Of a stretch of 64,000 nt of DNA, positions 38,662 through 48,888 are shown in pieces. Source of the stretch: Candidatus Latescibacterota bacterium. Its GTDB lineage: Bacteria; Latescibacterota; UBA2968. Under the pieces are notes generated by a model. It did not search any database. It was given only the letters and a program-made list of their open reading frames with translations, and was not told the origin of the DNA. Position 1 is the first letter of the stretch; the number at the start of each line of letters is the position of its first letter. The translations under genes were made by a program, and so were the position numbers. The DNA is taken from NCBI GenBank assembly GCA_965207885.1, contig OZ242311.1, positions 4,000,001 to 4,064,000 on the forward strand, given 5' to 3'.

Positions 38662-41097
38662 TTACAGCACGATCCCCATCTTCTTCAAATGTCCCTCGAC
38701 CTTCGCGCTGAAATCATCCACCTCCCGCTCCAACTCCGGAAGCGGACGGGCATAGCGATCTTCCAGTTCTTTTATTCGTACAGTGAGATGCTGAGTAAGC
38801 CGCTGCACCTCTTCCTGAATATCGGCCTGAATGCTTGCGAACCACTTGTCCTCGACCACCAGTGTCTTAATTTCGACCTCAGAGAGCATGGCGTATTGAG
38901 CCAGCACCTTTTGATCCAGCGCGGATTGTTTATCCCTCACGGCCTTGCTCGCACTGGACTCAGCCCCAATCAGAGACAGACAGTGCGTGAGAGCATCCTG
39001 TTCTTCGTCACTATCCGGTTCGTCCCGGATGATCTTAAGCCGTGTCGTCACCCCGGTTTTGGTGACCTTGCCTTTATCGTTGGTGGCGTCCTGTAGCAAA
39101 CCATCCTCGCCCGTGTGTTCTTCGACAAATTCCTCCAACTCACGCGCCGCAGTCTCTTGATCGGCTTGTAGAGCCTCAATCACAGCCTGATCTGTAGCGA
39201 AGTAGCGCGCGACAATCAATTCCGGAGGAATCAGATCCATTTTATACTTATTCCGCTTAATAGTCAAATCCGGAGTCTCTTTGATCTTCCTTTCCTTGTC
39301 TTCAATAATCCCACGCGGTTTGGCGGCTTCGGCCCAACCGTCGTCGGCAATGAGATACACATCGTCCTGCATAATCTCGTTCCAATAGTCCATCAGCCGC
39401 TGGTAAATATCGTAAGGATCGAGCAACGGCAAATCGGCAAATCGCGCGAGCAGATCTTCCGACAGGATGTGGATGATTTCTCTGGGATTGACACCTGTAT
39501 CAAGCTCCTTGAGGAGCGGATCGTGAGTCTCCCGCCAACCATCCAGCACAGCCGAGACTTGCGTCATATAGCACTTAAACTCGTCGTGGTCGAGAATCAC
39601 ATCCTTCACCATCTCAACTCGAGCCTCGCTGTAGCCCGCACGACCATTGCCGATGAATAATGCCTGACGCAACGAGGGAAAAACCTCCCAATAATCACCC
39701 AGCGCGTCCAGGTCTCGATCTGGGATACCGCCGTGCAAATGTGCATCGAGATCGTGCAAATCTTCAGGATCGCTGGAGTCAATATAACGCGGAATATTGA
39801 GATTGTAGTCATTAGCAGGACTGGCGATCTCGGCCATCGGCACCATGCGGGAATAGCGCGACAACTTAGTCTGCTTGTTGAACACATCAACAATCCGGTG
39901 AATATCCTGCGCGCGCAAGCGGTTCTTATTGCCGTCCTTGAGAAATCCCTTACTCGCATCAATCATAAAGATACCCGTGCGGGCATGGGCATTCTCCTTA
40001 TCGATGACCAGGATGCACGCGGGAATACCAGTGCCGTAGAACAGATTAGCAGGCAAGCCGATAATACCCTTAATGAGACCGCGCTGGATGAGATTTTTGC
40101 GAATATCCGCCTCCTTATTACCGCGAAACAATACGCCATGCGGCATAATGATCGCGCCCTTACCTTTGCTCTTGAGCGACGTAATGAGATGCAGGAGAAA
40201 GGCATAGTCGCCATTCTTCGCTGGAGGAATACCGTACTCAAAGCGCCCATACTCGTCATGCTCTGGATTGAGACCACTGGACCACGCCTTGGCGGAAAAA
40301 GGCGGATTGGCAACGGCAAAGTCAAAGGTTCTGAGATTATCATAAGGATTTTTGAAATACGGAGCAGCCAGCGTATTGCCGTTATACAACTCAGCAGTCG
40401 GATGGCCGTGCAGAATCATATTCATTCGCGCGAGCGACCATGTGGCATTGTCCATCTCCTGCCCGTATATCGTAATCCCATTCGGGGCCTCATCCGCGGC
40501 CTTGAGTAGCAGCGAGCCAGAGCCACAAGTCGGATCATAAATCGTCTCGTCCTGACGAGTGTGCGGGCCAATACCGACCACCTTCGCCATAATGCGCGAT
40601 ACCTCAGCCGGTGTATAAAACTGCCCCTTGCTCTTACCAGACTCAGTGGCAAAGTGCATCATCAGGTACTCGTATGCATCACCCAACAAGTCATCGCCCT
40701 CAGCCCTATTACCGCGAAGGTCGAGACCCTCGAAAATGGCGACCAACTTCGACAAACGATCCTGCATCTCCTTACCCGCACCCAGCTTGCTCTCATCGTT
40801 AAAGTCAGCCTGATCTATGACGCCCTGGAGATCATTGGCCTCGGCGAGTTTACTGATAATCTTATTAATCTTGTCGCCGATCTCCTTGTCGCCCTTCAGC
40901 TTCACCATATCGGCAAAACTGCCTCCAGCGGGCACTTCAATAAGCGCATCTACCTCGCCTGCGTACCTGTCCGAAATATATTTCATGAATAGCAGCGTCA
41001 GGACATAGTCCTTGTACTGCGAGGCGTCCATACCACCGCGCAACTCATCGCAACTTTGCCAGAGTGATGAATAGAGTTGGGATTTTTTTACAGCCAT
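38662..41097 (-). CDS. hsdM: Type I restriction-modification methyltransferase subunit
   Basis: SCDELRGGMDASQYKDYVL, GQFYTP, DPTCGSG, NPPF (m6A type) and YNLNIPRYI. Confidence 0.97.
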   Translation of the reverse strand: MAVKKSQLYSSLWQSCDELRGGMDASQYKDYVLTLLFMKYISDRYAGEVDALIEVPAGGSFADMVKLKGDKEIGDKINKIISKLAEANDLQGVIDQADFNDESKLGAGKEMQDRLSKLVAIFEGLDLRGNRAEGDDLLGDAYEYLMMHFATESGKSKGQFYTPAEVSRIMAKVVGIGPHTRQDETIYDPTCGSGSLLLKAADEAPNGITIYGQEMDNATWSLARMNMILHGHPTAELYNGNTLAAPYFKNPYDNLRTFDFAVANPPFSAKAWSSGLNPEHDEYGRFEYGIPPAKNGDYAFLLHLITSLKSKGKGAIIMPHGVLFRGNKEADIRKNLIQRGLIKGIIGLPANLFYGTGIPACILVIDKENAHARTGIFMIDASKGFLKDGNKNRLRAQDIHRIVDVFNKQTKLSRYSRMVPMAEIASPANDYNLNIPRYIDSSDPEDLHDLDAHLHGGIPDRDLDALGDYWEVFPSLRQALFIGNGRAGYSEARVEMVKDVILDHDEFKCYMTQVSAVLDGWRETHDPLLKELDTGVNPREIIHILSEDLLARFADLPLLDPYDIYQRLMDYWNEIMQDDVYLIADDGWAEAAKPRGIIEDKERKIKETPDLTIKRNKYKMDLIPPELIVARYFATDQAVIEALQADQETAARELEEFVEEHTGEDGLLQDATNDKGKVTKTGVTTRLKIIRDEPDSDEEQDALTHCLSLIGAESSASKAVRDKQSALDQKVLAQYAMLSEVEIKTLVVEDKWFASIQADIQEEVQRLTQHLTVRIKELEDRYARPLPELEREVDDFSAKVEGHLKKMGIVL

Positions 41098-41122
41098 TTT
41101 TCAGTCCTCTTACATCAAGCAC

Positions 41123-42190
41123 TCAATCAAACACGAGCACCGTGCGCGCAACTTTCCCCTGAACCATATCCTCGAACGCCTCATTGATCTCATCCAGCGG
41201 GCGGAAGCGCGATATCAACTCATCCAATTTAATCTTCCCCTGCCGATAGAGATCCAGAATCCACAAAAAATCAACACGGGCGCGGGCAGCGCCGTGCCAC
41301 GAACCCATAATGGCGCGATCGCGCAAAAGATCTGTACCATCGACAGATATATCCTCCCCAGTCGGCTGTACCCCCACCACAATAGCGGTTCCAGTCATCC
41401 GAACCGACGCAAACGCCTGCTTCACCAGCGCGGGAAACCCGACGACCTCAAAAGCATAATCCGCTCCACCACCCGTAATCTCCATAATTCTCTGAACCGG
41501 ATCTTCCCTATCCGCATTCACAAAATGCGTCGCCCCAAACTGCTCCGCCAACTCCAGCTTATACGGCACATTATCCACCGCGATAATCTTCCCGGCCGAA
41601 GCGAGAACACCCCCCTGAATAACATTGAGACCAACGCCCCCACATCCAAATACAGCCATTGTCGCACCCGCTTCCACCTTCGCGCGATTCACCACAGCGC
41701 CAATACCCGTGATCACCCCGCAACTAATCAAACACGCTATCCGAAGATCTGTATCATCAGGCACCTTTACACACGCATCTGCCAACACAACCGACTGCTC
41801 CGTATATGTGGGGCGCCCGTGGTGATAAATCGTCCCATTTTTTGAAATCCGACTCGGCAAACCCCCTTGATGAGTTTCACAAAGCGCCGGACTGCCCTCG
41901 CTGCAATTACGGCAATAGCCGCACATCGCATCGAGAGAGAGCACAATCTTGTCCCCAACCTGAACACTGGTCACACCGGGACCGACCTCTCTAATAACAC
42001 CTGCACCCTCGTGCCCCATAACCCAGGGCAGTGCGCGAGGCCTGACATGCCCATCCACATAGTGATAATCGCTGTGACAAACGCCCGCACCGACAATATC
42101 GAGAAGCACTTCTCCCTCATGGGGAGATTCGATATCCACATCTTCGACAGAAACGCGGGTATGCGGTTTGTGGAGAATAGCTGCTTTCAT
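41123..42190 (-). CDS. Zn-dependent alcohol dehydrogenase
   Basis: GVCHSD, GHEG, CGYCRNC...C and GCGGVG. Confidence 0.92.
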   Translation of the reverse strand: MKAAILHKPHTRVSVEDVDIESPHEGEVLLDIVGAGVCHSDYHYVDGHVRPRALPWVMGHEGAGVIREVGPGVTSVQVGDKIVLSLDAMCGYCRNCSEGSPALCETHQGGLPSRISKNGTIYHHGRPTYTEQSVVLADACVKVPDDTDLRIACLISCGVITGIGAVVNRAKVEAGATMAVFGCGGVGLNVIQGGVLASAGKIIAVDNVPYKLELAEQFGATHFVNADREDPVQRIMEITGGGADYAFEVVGFPALVKQAFASVRMTGTAIVVGVQPTGEDISVDGTDLLRDRAIMGSWHGAARARVDFLWILDLYRQGKIKLDELISRFRPLDEINEAFEDMVQGKVARTVLVFD

Positions 42191-42192
42191 TT

Positions 42193-43512
42193 TTAACTCC
42201 TATGGCTAAAATGCAAAAGATCTCGCTCCAAAAGTGCCGCCCAGGCGAGCAACTCCTCGTCCTGGTGAAACGGGGCGACAAACTGAATCCCCAGAGGCAT
42301 ACCCGAATCGGACGCGAGCCCCGCGGGCAAAGCGATCACCGGCATACCCGTATGCGTCCAGGGCAAATTCATACAGGGATCGCCCGTACTCGCCAGACCT
42401 TTCAAAGCCGCGCCCGTCGCCGCCGGACAGGCGAGAAGGCCAATCCCCTCTGCCTTCATCAAAGACTCAACCTCTTCGCGCAACTGTGTGCGCCCCATTC
42501 GACCCGCATCGATCTCGGATTGCGAAAGTGCGCGCCCCTCCTCGACCAGCGCGCGCGTACCAGCGTCATAAGTCGAGGCGTATTTATCAAACCACGGCGA
42601 ATGAACCTCTGCCATCTCCCCCTTCATCATATTCCGGTGTCGGTCATTGATATCGTCAATATCGTCGAGCATCCGCACCTCCACGACATTGTACCCTGCC
42701 GTTCTAAGAGCCTGTACCTGCGCGTCAAAATCCGCTCGCGCCCGTGGTTCTGTCTGATCCAAATAAGGACCCACGGGTATTCCCAACGTCGGCTTTTCCG
42801 ACCTTGCGACAGAAGCGCGCCATCCGCTACACAAAACCGCAGCCGCCATCTCCATACCCGCAACATCCTGCGTAAACATCCCAATCGTATCGACCGACGG
42901 AGAGCAATGAACAAATCCAGAAATATCAATACGCGCATAACTCGGCTTAAAGCCGACAATCCCACAAAACGCGGCAGGACGGATAACCGAACCAATAGTC
43001 TGCGAACCGAGCGAGAGAGGACAATACCCGGCCGCCACCGCCGCAGCCGAACCACTACTCGACCCACCGGGAGTAAAACTCAGATCCCGGGGATTGCGCG
43101 TAGGTCCCGGCTTAAAACACGCGAACTCCGTCGTAACCGATTTGCCGAGCACCAGAGCACCCGCCTCCCGTAGCGCCTTTAAGCACCCACCTTCAGGACC
43201 TGTGAGAACCTCTGGCGGCACGCCCGAGCCTGCCCGCGTCTCAAACCCCTCAACGTGAAAAATATCTTTGACCCCAACCAGAGTGCCGAACAACAGCGGA
43301 ATCTCACCACCGCTTGCAAGCCCAGCAACATCATCCAACAGACGTTGCAGGCGATTAGCCTCTGGCAACATCGCCCGGATATCCCCATCCCATTCATCAA
43401 TGCGTCTGCAGCATTCTGCAACGTAATCCTGTAAGTCCCGTTGCCCAGAACGCAACTCAGCAGCGATTTGAGACAGCGGATGCGCCGCTGTTTTTTCACT
43501 CTTCATTTGCAT
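42193..43512 (-). CDS. Amidase-signature family enzyme
   Basis: VKD, PGGSSSGSAAAV and GSQTIGSVIRPA. Confidence 0.9.
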   Translation of the reverse strand: MQMKSEKTAAHPLSQIAAELRSGQRDLQDYVAECCRRIDEWDGDIRAMLPEANRLQRLLDDVAGLASGGEIPLLFGTLVGVKDIFHVEGFETRAGSGVPPEVLTGPEGGCLKALREAGALVLGKSVTTEFACFKPGPTRNPRDLSFTPGGSSSGSAAAVAAGYCPLSLGSQTIGSVIRPAAFCGIVGFKPSYARIDISGFVHCSPSVDTIGMFTQDVAGMEMAAAVLCSGWRASVARSEKPTLGIPVGPYLDQTEPRARADFDAQVQALRTAGYNVVEVRMLDDIDDINDRHRNMMKGEMAEVHSPWFDKYASTYDAGTRALVEEGRALSQSEIDAGRMGRTQLREEVESLMKAEGIGLLACPAATGAALKGLASTGDPCMNLPWTHTGMPVIALPAGLASDSGMPLGIQFVAPFHQDEELLAWAALLERDLLHFSHRS

Positions 43513-43524
43513 AATCCCCCAAAA

Positions 43525-45456
43525 CTACCAACCGTTAATCTTATGACCCTGACCGGGAAACCAGATAAAATCCACAATTGCACCGCAGGCAATCGCCGCC
43601 AAAAAACCGACCACGAACCCCATAAAAAGCGGCGTATTGCGCCGGTAACTCTCAAGACCGCCAAAGCGCAAAATCAATGTCTTGCACACCCACACAATAA
43701 AAATCGACGAAATACCACTGCGCAAAACATCAGATGCCGAAATCGCAAAACCGATCGGATGCAGCGCAATCCCCGGAAAACGGTAGCGAAGCGCGTACAG
43801 CCCCAGCGTAAAAATCGCGCCAAACCCCAGCCAACCCAGACGCATCCAGTCCGTCTCTAACGCATTACTCCGAATGCGATTGGCAGTCAAAAGCCACACC
43901 CCAATCCCCCCGTCGCCCGAGCCATTAAAACTCACACTGCCAAAATTATAACTCCCCACCGTGTAATTGCCCTGATAAATGATAAACACAAAAACCGCCA
44001 GCGCGCCAGCGATAAACGCCATGCCCACAGCAGGCGGCACAAGCCTCCGGCGGCGGGGACCCATAGCCCCGCCAAGACGCGGAATATGCGCCAGCGTTGT
44101 CACGCCAATCGTCTTTGCATCGGCAAAAAACGTGTACGCCAGACCGAGCGCCATCGCATGCATCGGCCCAATACCCGTTATCCCCAAAACATGCCAGGTA
44201 AAAGCCTGTGCTGTAATCGGCGTTCTCAAATAAATCAGACCAGTCTCCACAATAATGCGCGCCAGACCGAGGTAAAGCACCAGCGTAGCGCTCCAAAAAG
44301 CCAGTGCTGCCCACCCCGAAAGCCCGAGTTCCCAGAAAAACAACACACTGAACAGAACACAACCCAGAAAGACAAACACCGCCGTGCGATACGAAAAAAG
44401 CTCACCCGAATCATCTACATCGCCCGCGCGCGAAGTAAACGCCTTCCGAAAAACCGCAGACAAATGATCTCGCGCAACCCAAAGCCCCCATAACACAAAT
44501 GCCAGCAAGCCACCAAAACTCTGCCAGCCCACGGCAGGATGATAGGAGCACCACGGATCGGGCGACCCCATCTCAAAACCCAAACGGTTCATCAGCCCTA
44601 CTTGCAACACCATAACCAGATGGAAAAACCAGATGCTAAACAGCACATTGGACTCTGTAAAATAGCCAAACGCAATCGTCAGGGGATTCGTCTTAAACCG
44701 CAGATAGGGAAATCCTTCGCCGATAAAAATTTGCCGATCAATATTGGCTTGAAGCGGCGGAATCAACTCGGTAAACCAGGAAGCGATATCCCATGAAAAA
44801 ATAAAAAAAGCCACAAAAAAACCGATCTTGAAACGCGGATTGCGCAGCAATTCCATCAGCGTGCCCCGTTGCCCGTGTTCACCCGTGAGTTCCAGAAGGC
44901 CAGCAGCCAGAGGAAAAGGCAAACGCTCGTAATCCATCCACTGCCGCCGAAACACCACCATAAGACACAAATTGGCGGCAAAAAACGCAAAAAAGAAACA
45001 CCCCCACCAGAAAATCGGCACGATCCAGCTACCCCAGGGAAAAGCCGCCCCTGCTGGCAACCCCTCGTAAAAAGCAACCGCGGCGTGGTGATCGGAAACC
45101 ACAGACCAGTTGGACAAACGCGTAAGCAGTGTATCGGCCCAGCCATTTTCGGGAGAGGCAAAATAGATTGGCGCTGTAATCACACCGAGAAAATATCCCG
45201 CGAGCCACTCGCCCTGCGTCAGAGCAGAAACCATTCCCATCGAAGCGATGAGAATAAGCTCAGAAGGCGTAAAACCCTTGCTTTTGCGAGAAAAATAGAG
45301 GTTGACCAACAGCAATAAGAGAAAAGGAAGGAGAATTGCAACGGAGAGATGCGCGTAATCTGCACGCGCAGATCGGAGCATATACGTGGTATAAGAAGGC
45401 CATAAACTGACGAGAACAGACATGAACAATCCGATGAGAAAGGCGCGTACCGTCAT
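43525..45456 (-). CDS. Second DUF6785/DUF6784-type polytopic membrane protein
   Basis: RRQWMDYERLPFP, RIIVETG, LHPIG and WFPGQGH, shared with 18946-20898. Confidence 0.75.
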   Translation of the reverse strand: MTVRAFLIGLFMSVLVSLWPSYTTYMLRSARADYAHLSVAILLPFLLLLLVNLYFSRKSKGFTPSELILIASMGMVSALTQGEWLAGYFLGVITAPIYFASPENGWADTLLTRLSNWSVVSDHHAAVAFYEGLPAGAAFPWGSWIVPIFWWGCFFFAFFAANLCLMVVFRRQWMDYERLPFPLAAGLLELTGEHGQRGTLMELLRNPRFKIGFFVAFFIFSWDIASWFTELIPPLQANIDRQIFIGEGFPYLRFKTNPLTIAFGYFTESNVLFSIWFFHLVMVLQVGLMNRLGFEMGSPDPWCSYHPAVGWQSFGGLLAFVLWGLWVARDHLSAVFRKAFTSRAGDVDDSGELFSYRTAVFVFLGCVLFSVLFFWELGLSGWAALAFWSATLVLYLGLARIIVETGLIYLRTPITAQAFTWHVLGITGIGPMHAMALGLAYTFFADAKTIGVTTLAHIPRLGGAMGPRRRRLVPPAVGMAFIAGALAVFVFIIYQGNYTVGSYNFGSVSFNGSGDGGIGVWLLTANRIRSNALETDWMRLGWLGFGAIFTLGLYALRYRFPGIALHPIGFAISASDVLRSGISSIFIVWVCKTLILRFGGLESYRRNTPLFMGFVVGFLAAIACGAIVDFIWFPGQGHKINGW

Positions 45457-45465
45457 AAAGCCTCC

Positions 45466-48400
45466 TTACTCGCCAATAAAAAATATCACCGTCTTCTCAG
45501 CGGTTTGCTCGCCATTCAAATCGGTAATCGCTACTGCAATTTCATAACGCCCCGGTTTTGACTCGCCCGGGTCGATCTCCAGATAATTGTACTCATCAGA
45601 CCCTGTACCCGTCCGCTCATAAGAAATCGTAACAACGGCTTTTTCTTCGATACCGAGCAAACGCCCCAGTGCCCGCAGAACCTGCACACCACTGAGCTTG
45701 CCTTCTCGGGGCGTAATGCGGTAATCCACGCGATATTTCGTCTGCCCGAAATCGTCGATTTTCAAATCGTAAACTTCGTAATAAATAACAACCGGCTGCC
45801 CGATCTTATAGGTGCGCGACGGCAGAGAAATAACCTCAACCCCACCTTTATCAGTAGCCAAAGAATCCACCTGCACCCTTCCCGCAAGCTCTATATCGCT
45901 TATCTTGAGTCCAGCGACCGCATAATCCTCCACCACGAGTTCCTGCGTATATCCACCCCTGCGTCCGGATGCCGGATGATTGATCTGAAGCCCCAAATAA
46001 TATCGCCCGGGCAAAACCTGAAGTGCGAGCTCATCTATCGCCAGAGTACCGGCCTCAACACCGCCTACATCCACGCGCACCGGCATCGGCTCCAGTCTGC
46101 GATAAATCGGTGTCCAGCTACTGTCAAAAAGCGCGATACCGCGCTCAAAAACGACCTCTTCTCCCCCATCATCAATCGCATCTAAAACCGGCACCCCATA
46201 ATACACCTCCAGCCGAGATTTATCATCTGCCCCTCTGAAATCTGCCGAAGCAGAGTGAAAGTCCAGCACGCCCTTGCCAACGGGCACATAGCGATCGGGT
46301 TGTGCATTCACCGCTCGTGAAATAATAACCTCGGGCCGCGTATCTTCCCAAAATCTCTGGTTAAACCGCGCAATTTTACGCCCCTGAGAAACATCGGGAA
46401 AATCGAAATCGCCCTTCGGCGTCAACGCCGTAAAAACGACTTCAATACCCCCGCTCACATCCGGATAAATCCAGTATTCCCACGGCTCGCTTCCATTGAC
46501 CGGATAAAGCGGTATCCCCCGCATCGGACGCTCGCTCATACCTGGACGGTCCCGCCCGAAGAGTTCCTTGCCGCGGACATAAGTATTCACATCATCACTC
46601 TGCCTGGCAAAAAACACGCGATTGGGATTTATCTCAAAATCGATAGACTCAAAATCGCTGACCGCGACCACCTCTCCCAACTCAGTCTCGATTTCAACAT
46701 CGCGCGTCGATGTGCGCAATCGACCTATCCGCGCGATAATTTCCTGCTTGGCCTCTGGCGACAGCGCCGCGATCAACCGCTCCTTTACCCGCACGACCCT
46801 CGCATCTGTCTCAAACCGAATATCCGATCTTTTACTCACATGCGCGGGTTCGCCATAGCGGATATACACATCGCCGCGCCTGTCCCATTTTCGTCCATCT
46901 TTTGAAAAATTCTGCAACACATAAACAACGCGCCGATAGTGCTCGACCAACCGCTCATTGCCAGGCGTTGCCGGCGTGGGATCGCGTTTTTGCCAGAACG
47001 CCCGAACAAACTGCGCCTGCTCCTCGGGTTCCAGACGCTGGTACGCCGCCGCTTCCTCTTGACCCGCCACGAGTGAAATATCTTCCACGCGCGCTCTCGC
47101 CTCATCGCTGAGCGTGCGCAACTCCTCTGCAATCAGCGCATGCGCTTTGCCCGTTTCTCCAATATTGAGATACGCCTCCAGCAATGGATGCATGCATAAA
47201 CTGCGAAAATCGGGCCGCGCCTCCATCAAATCTCGCCAAATAACCGTAGCCGAATCAATACGCCCTTGTTTGAACAACACGCGCCCAAAGTCAAACCGCG
47301 CGCGCGCAAACAGGGGGTCCACTGCAATCTGTCGTCTATACGCAACCGCACTTTCGGCGAGTTCCCCCCTGCGTTCTAACACCCGTCCCATCATATAATG
47401 CAGAAAAGGATGGGTAGAATCTCGTCCAACAGCCGCTTTCAGATATTCCAAACCCTCGCCCTTCCCGGAAAGAAAACGCGCCAGCTCTGCATTTGTCCAA
47501 TACGCCGCCTCTTGAAATTTTTCAACAGCGCCATTCCAGTCGCCGCGCCCCATACCCACAATACCCAGTGCATTGCGCGCCTCGGGCAAATCGGGAGCAA
47601 TATCGAGCGCCTTTCGCACCCAACGCTCGCCTTCGACCAGCGCACCACTTTCAAGTGCGATCAATGCTCTGGCTGTCAACGCCCGTGGATCACGCGGATC
47701 TTCCTCCAGCACAAAATCGACCATATCGCGCGCCATTCGTACCGCAAGCATATCCGCCTCGGGCAAACGCTCGCCAAACGTCTTGTCAACGCGCTTCTTG
47801 AGCGTTTCCTCGAGACCTATCGCCCTCAACATCGTCATCCCCATCTCGCGATTACCCAATCCCGCGACCGGTGCGATATAAGCCTGGGCGAAAAGTGGCA
47901 CCCGCTCGGAATAATGCCCGTACATAAAAACAGCGCGTTCTCCCGCATCGACTTTCGCATATTCCTGCGCGGCTTCTGGCGTTGAAAAGCGTTCCAAAAT
48001 CTTCTCCATAAGAACCTGCTGCTGTGCCGTGAGAGACAATTCAACCGGCGAACCCGCTATGCGAAAATCGCGTTGCGTACGCGCAATCTGATCGCCTATA
48101 CGCGCTTCAACGCTCAGCGTATATGTCCCAGGTGACAACCCGCGCAACGGGATCCCCTCGACAAATTTTGCATCTCCGCGATATGTGGGAAATTCCCGCC
48201 GATGGTCAAAAACAACATAACCGAAACGGTCGCGGATCTGAAAACGCACACTATGGGCAAGCCGCCCGATCTCGTAAAGCTCGACATAAAAGCGCAGGGG
48301 CGCGCCACCTCCGACCTCGCGCTCAGGCGACGGCAAAAGAACATGACCTCCCTTGAGAAAAGACTCGGCTTCAAAATGCTGAGAAGATGGATCTATTTCA

Positions 48401-48888
48401 CTCACAAAAAACAGATCGCTAAACGCGAGCTGTCCCGTCTTGAACTCGGGCACCTCAATAGAAAACACCGCCCGTCCCTGGCGATCATTGCCCACGGCTT
48501 TGACCTCCAGAACCGCGTGATAATACCCCGCTGGAACCTGGAATCGCGCGATATCATAGACAAAGTGTTCTGGATCGTCGATCCGCTCTGCAGAAGAAAA
48601 TACGCGCTCGCCCTCTATCCTCTTGACCGAATTGCCATTCTCATCGAATAACTCGAGACGTGGAACATAGCGCGCTACAAAAAGGCTATCACCTCGTGTT
48701 TCAAACGCGAGCTGCGCCGCGGGAAAACGGATAACAACCTCTTCATAAGGACCATCGTCTCCGCGAAAACTACAGGCATCAACGCCGAGCGCGAGACTGC
48801 CCTCCAAAGACACCCGTCCCTCTTCAGCAGTCGCCTGCAATGGGAAAAACGCGAAAAATATGAAAAGAATTAGAGTACGCATAATCAA
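45466..48888 (-). CDS. GWxTD-domain protein with TPR repeats, exported
   Basis: Signal peptide, TPR-like helices, and FWQKRDPTPATPGNERLVEHYRRV...WDRRGDVYIRYGEP. Confidence 0.8.
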   Translation of the reverse strand: MIMRTLILFIFFAFFPLQATAEEGRVSLEGSLALGVDACSFRGDDGPYEEVVIRFPAAQLAFETRGDSLFVARYVPRLELFDENGNSVKRIEGERVFSSAERIDDPEHFVYDIARFQVPAGYYHAVLEVKAVGNDRQGRAVFSIEVPEFKTGQLAFSDLFFVSEIDPSSQHFEAESFLKGGHVLLPSPEREVGGGAPLRFYVELYEIGRLAHSVRFQIRDRFGYVVFDHRREFPTYRGDAKFVEGIPLRGLSPGTYTLSVEARIGDQIARTQRDFRIAGSPVELSLTAQQQVLMEKILERFSTPEAAQEYAKVDAGERAVFMYGHYSERVPLFAQAYIAPVAGLGNREMGMTMLRAIGLEETLKKRVDKTFGERLPEADMLAVRMARDMVDFVLEEDPRDPRALTARALIALESGALVEGERWVRKALDIAPDLPEARNALGIVGMGRGDWNGAVEKFQEAAYWTNAELARFLSGKGEGLEYLKAAVGRDSTHPFLHYMMGRVLERRGELAESAVAYRRQIAVDPLFARARFDFGRVLFKQGRIDSATVIWRDLMEARPDFRSLCMHPLLEAYLNIGETGKAHALIAEELRTLSDEARARVEDISLVAGQEEAAAYQRLEPEEQAQFVRAFWQKRDPTPATPGNERLVEHYRRVVYVLQNFSKDGRKWDRRGDVYIRYGEPAHVSKRSDIRFETDARVVRVKERLIAALSPEAKQEIIARIGRLRTSTRDVEIETELGEVVAVSDFESIDFEINPNRVFFARQSDDVNTYVRGKELFGRDRPGMSERPMRGIPLYPVNGSEPWEYWIYPDVSGGIEVVFTALTPKGDFDFPDVSQGRKIARFNQRFWEDTRPEVIISRAVNAQPDRYVPVGKGVLDFHSASADFRGADDKSRLEVYYGVPVLDAIDDGGEEVVFERGIALFDSSWTPIYRRLEPMPVRVDVGGVEAGTLAIDELALQVLPGRYYLGLQINHPASGRRGGYTQELVVEDYAVAGLKISDIELAGRVQVDSLATDKGGVEVISLPSRTYKIGQPVVIYYEVYDLKIDDFGQTKYRVDYRITPREGKLSGVQVLRALGRLLGIEEKAVVTISYERTGTGSDEYNYLEIDPGESKPGRYEIAVAITDLNGEQTAEKTVIFFIGE

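Noticed and set aside
42202-43173. Long antisense ORFs (323 aa here; also 12575-13489, 24077-24868, 28175-28963, 39733-40509)
   Set aside because: They lie opposite well-supported genes, lack motifs and are expected shadows of codon bias.
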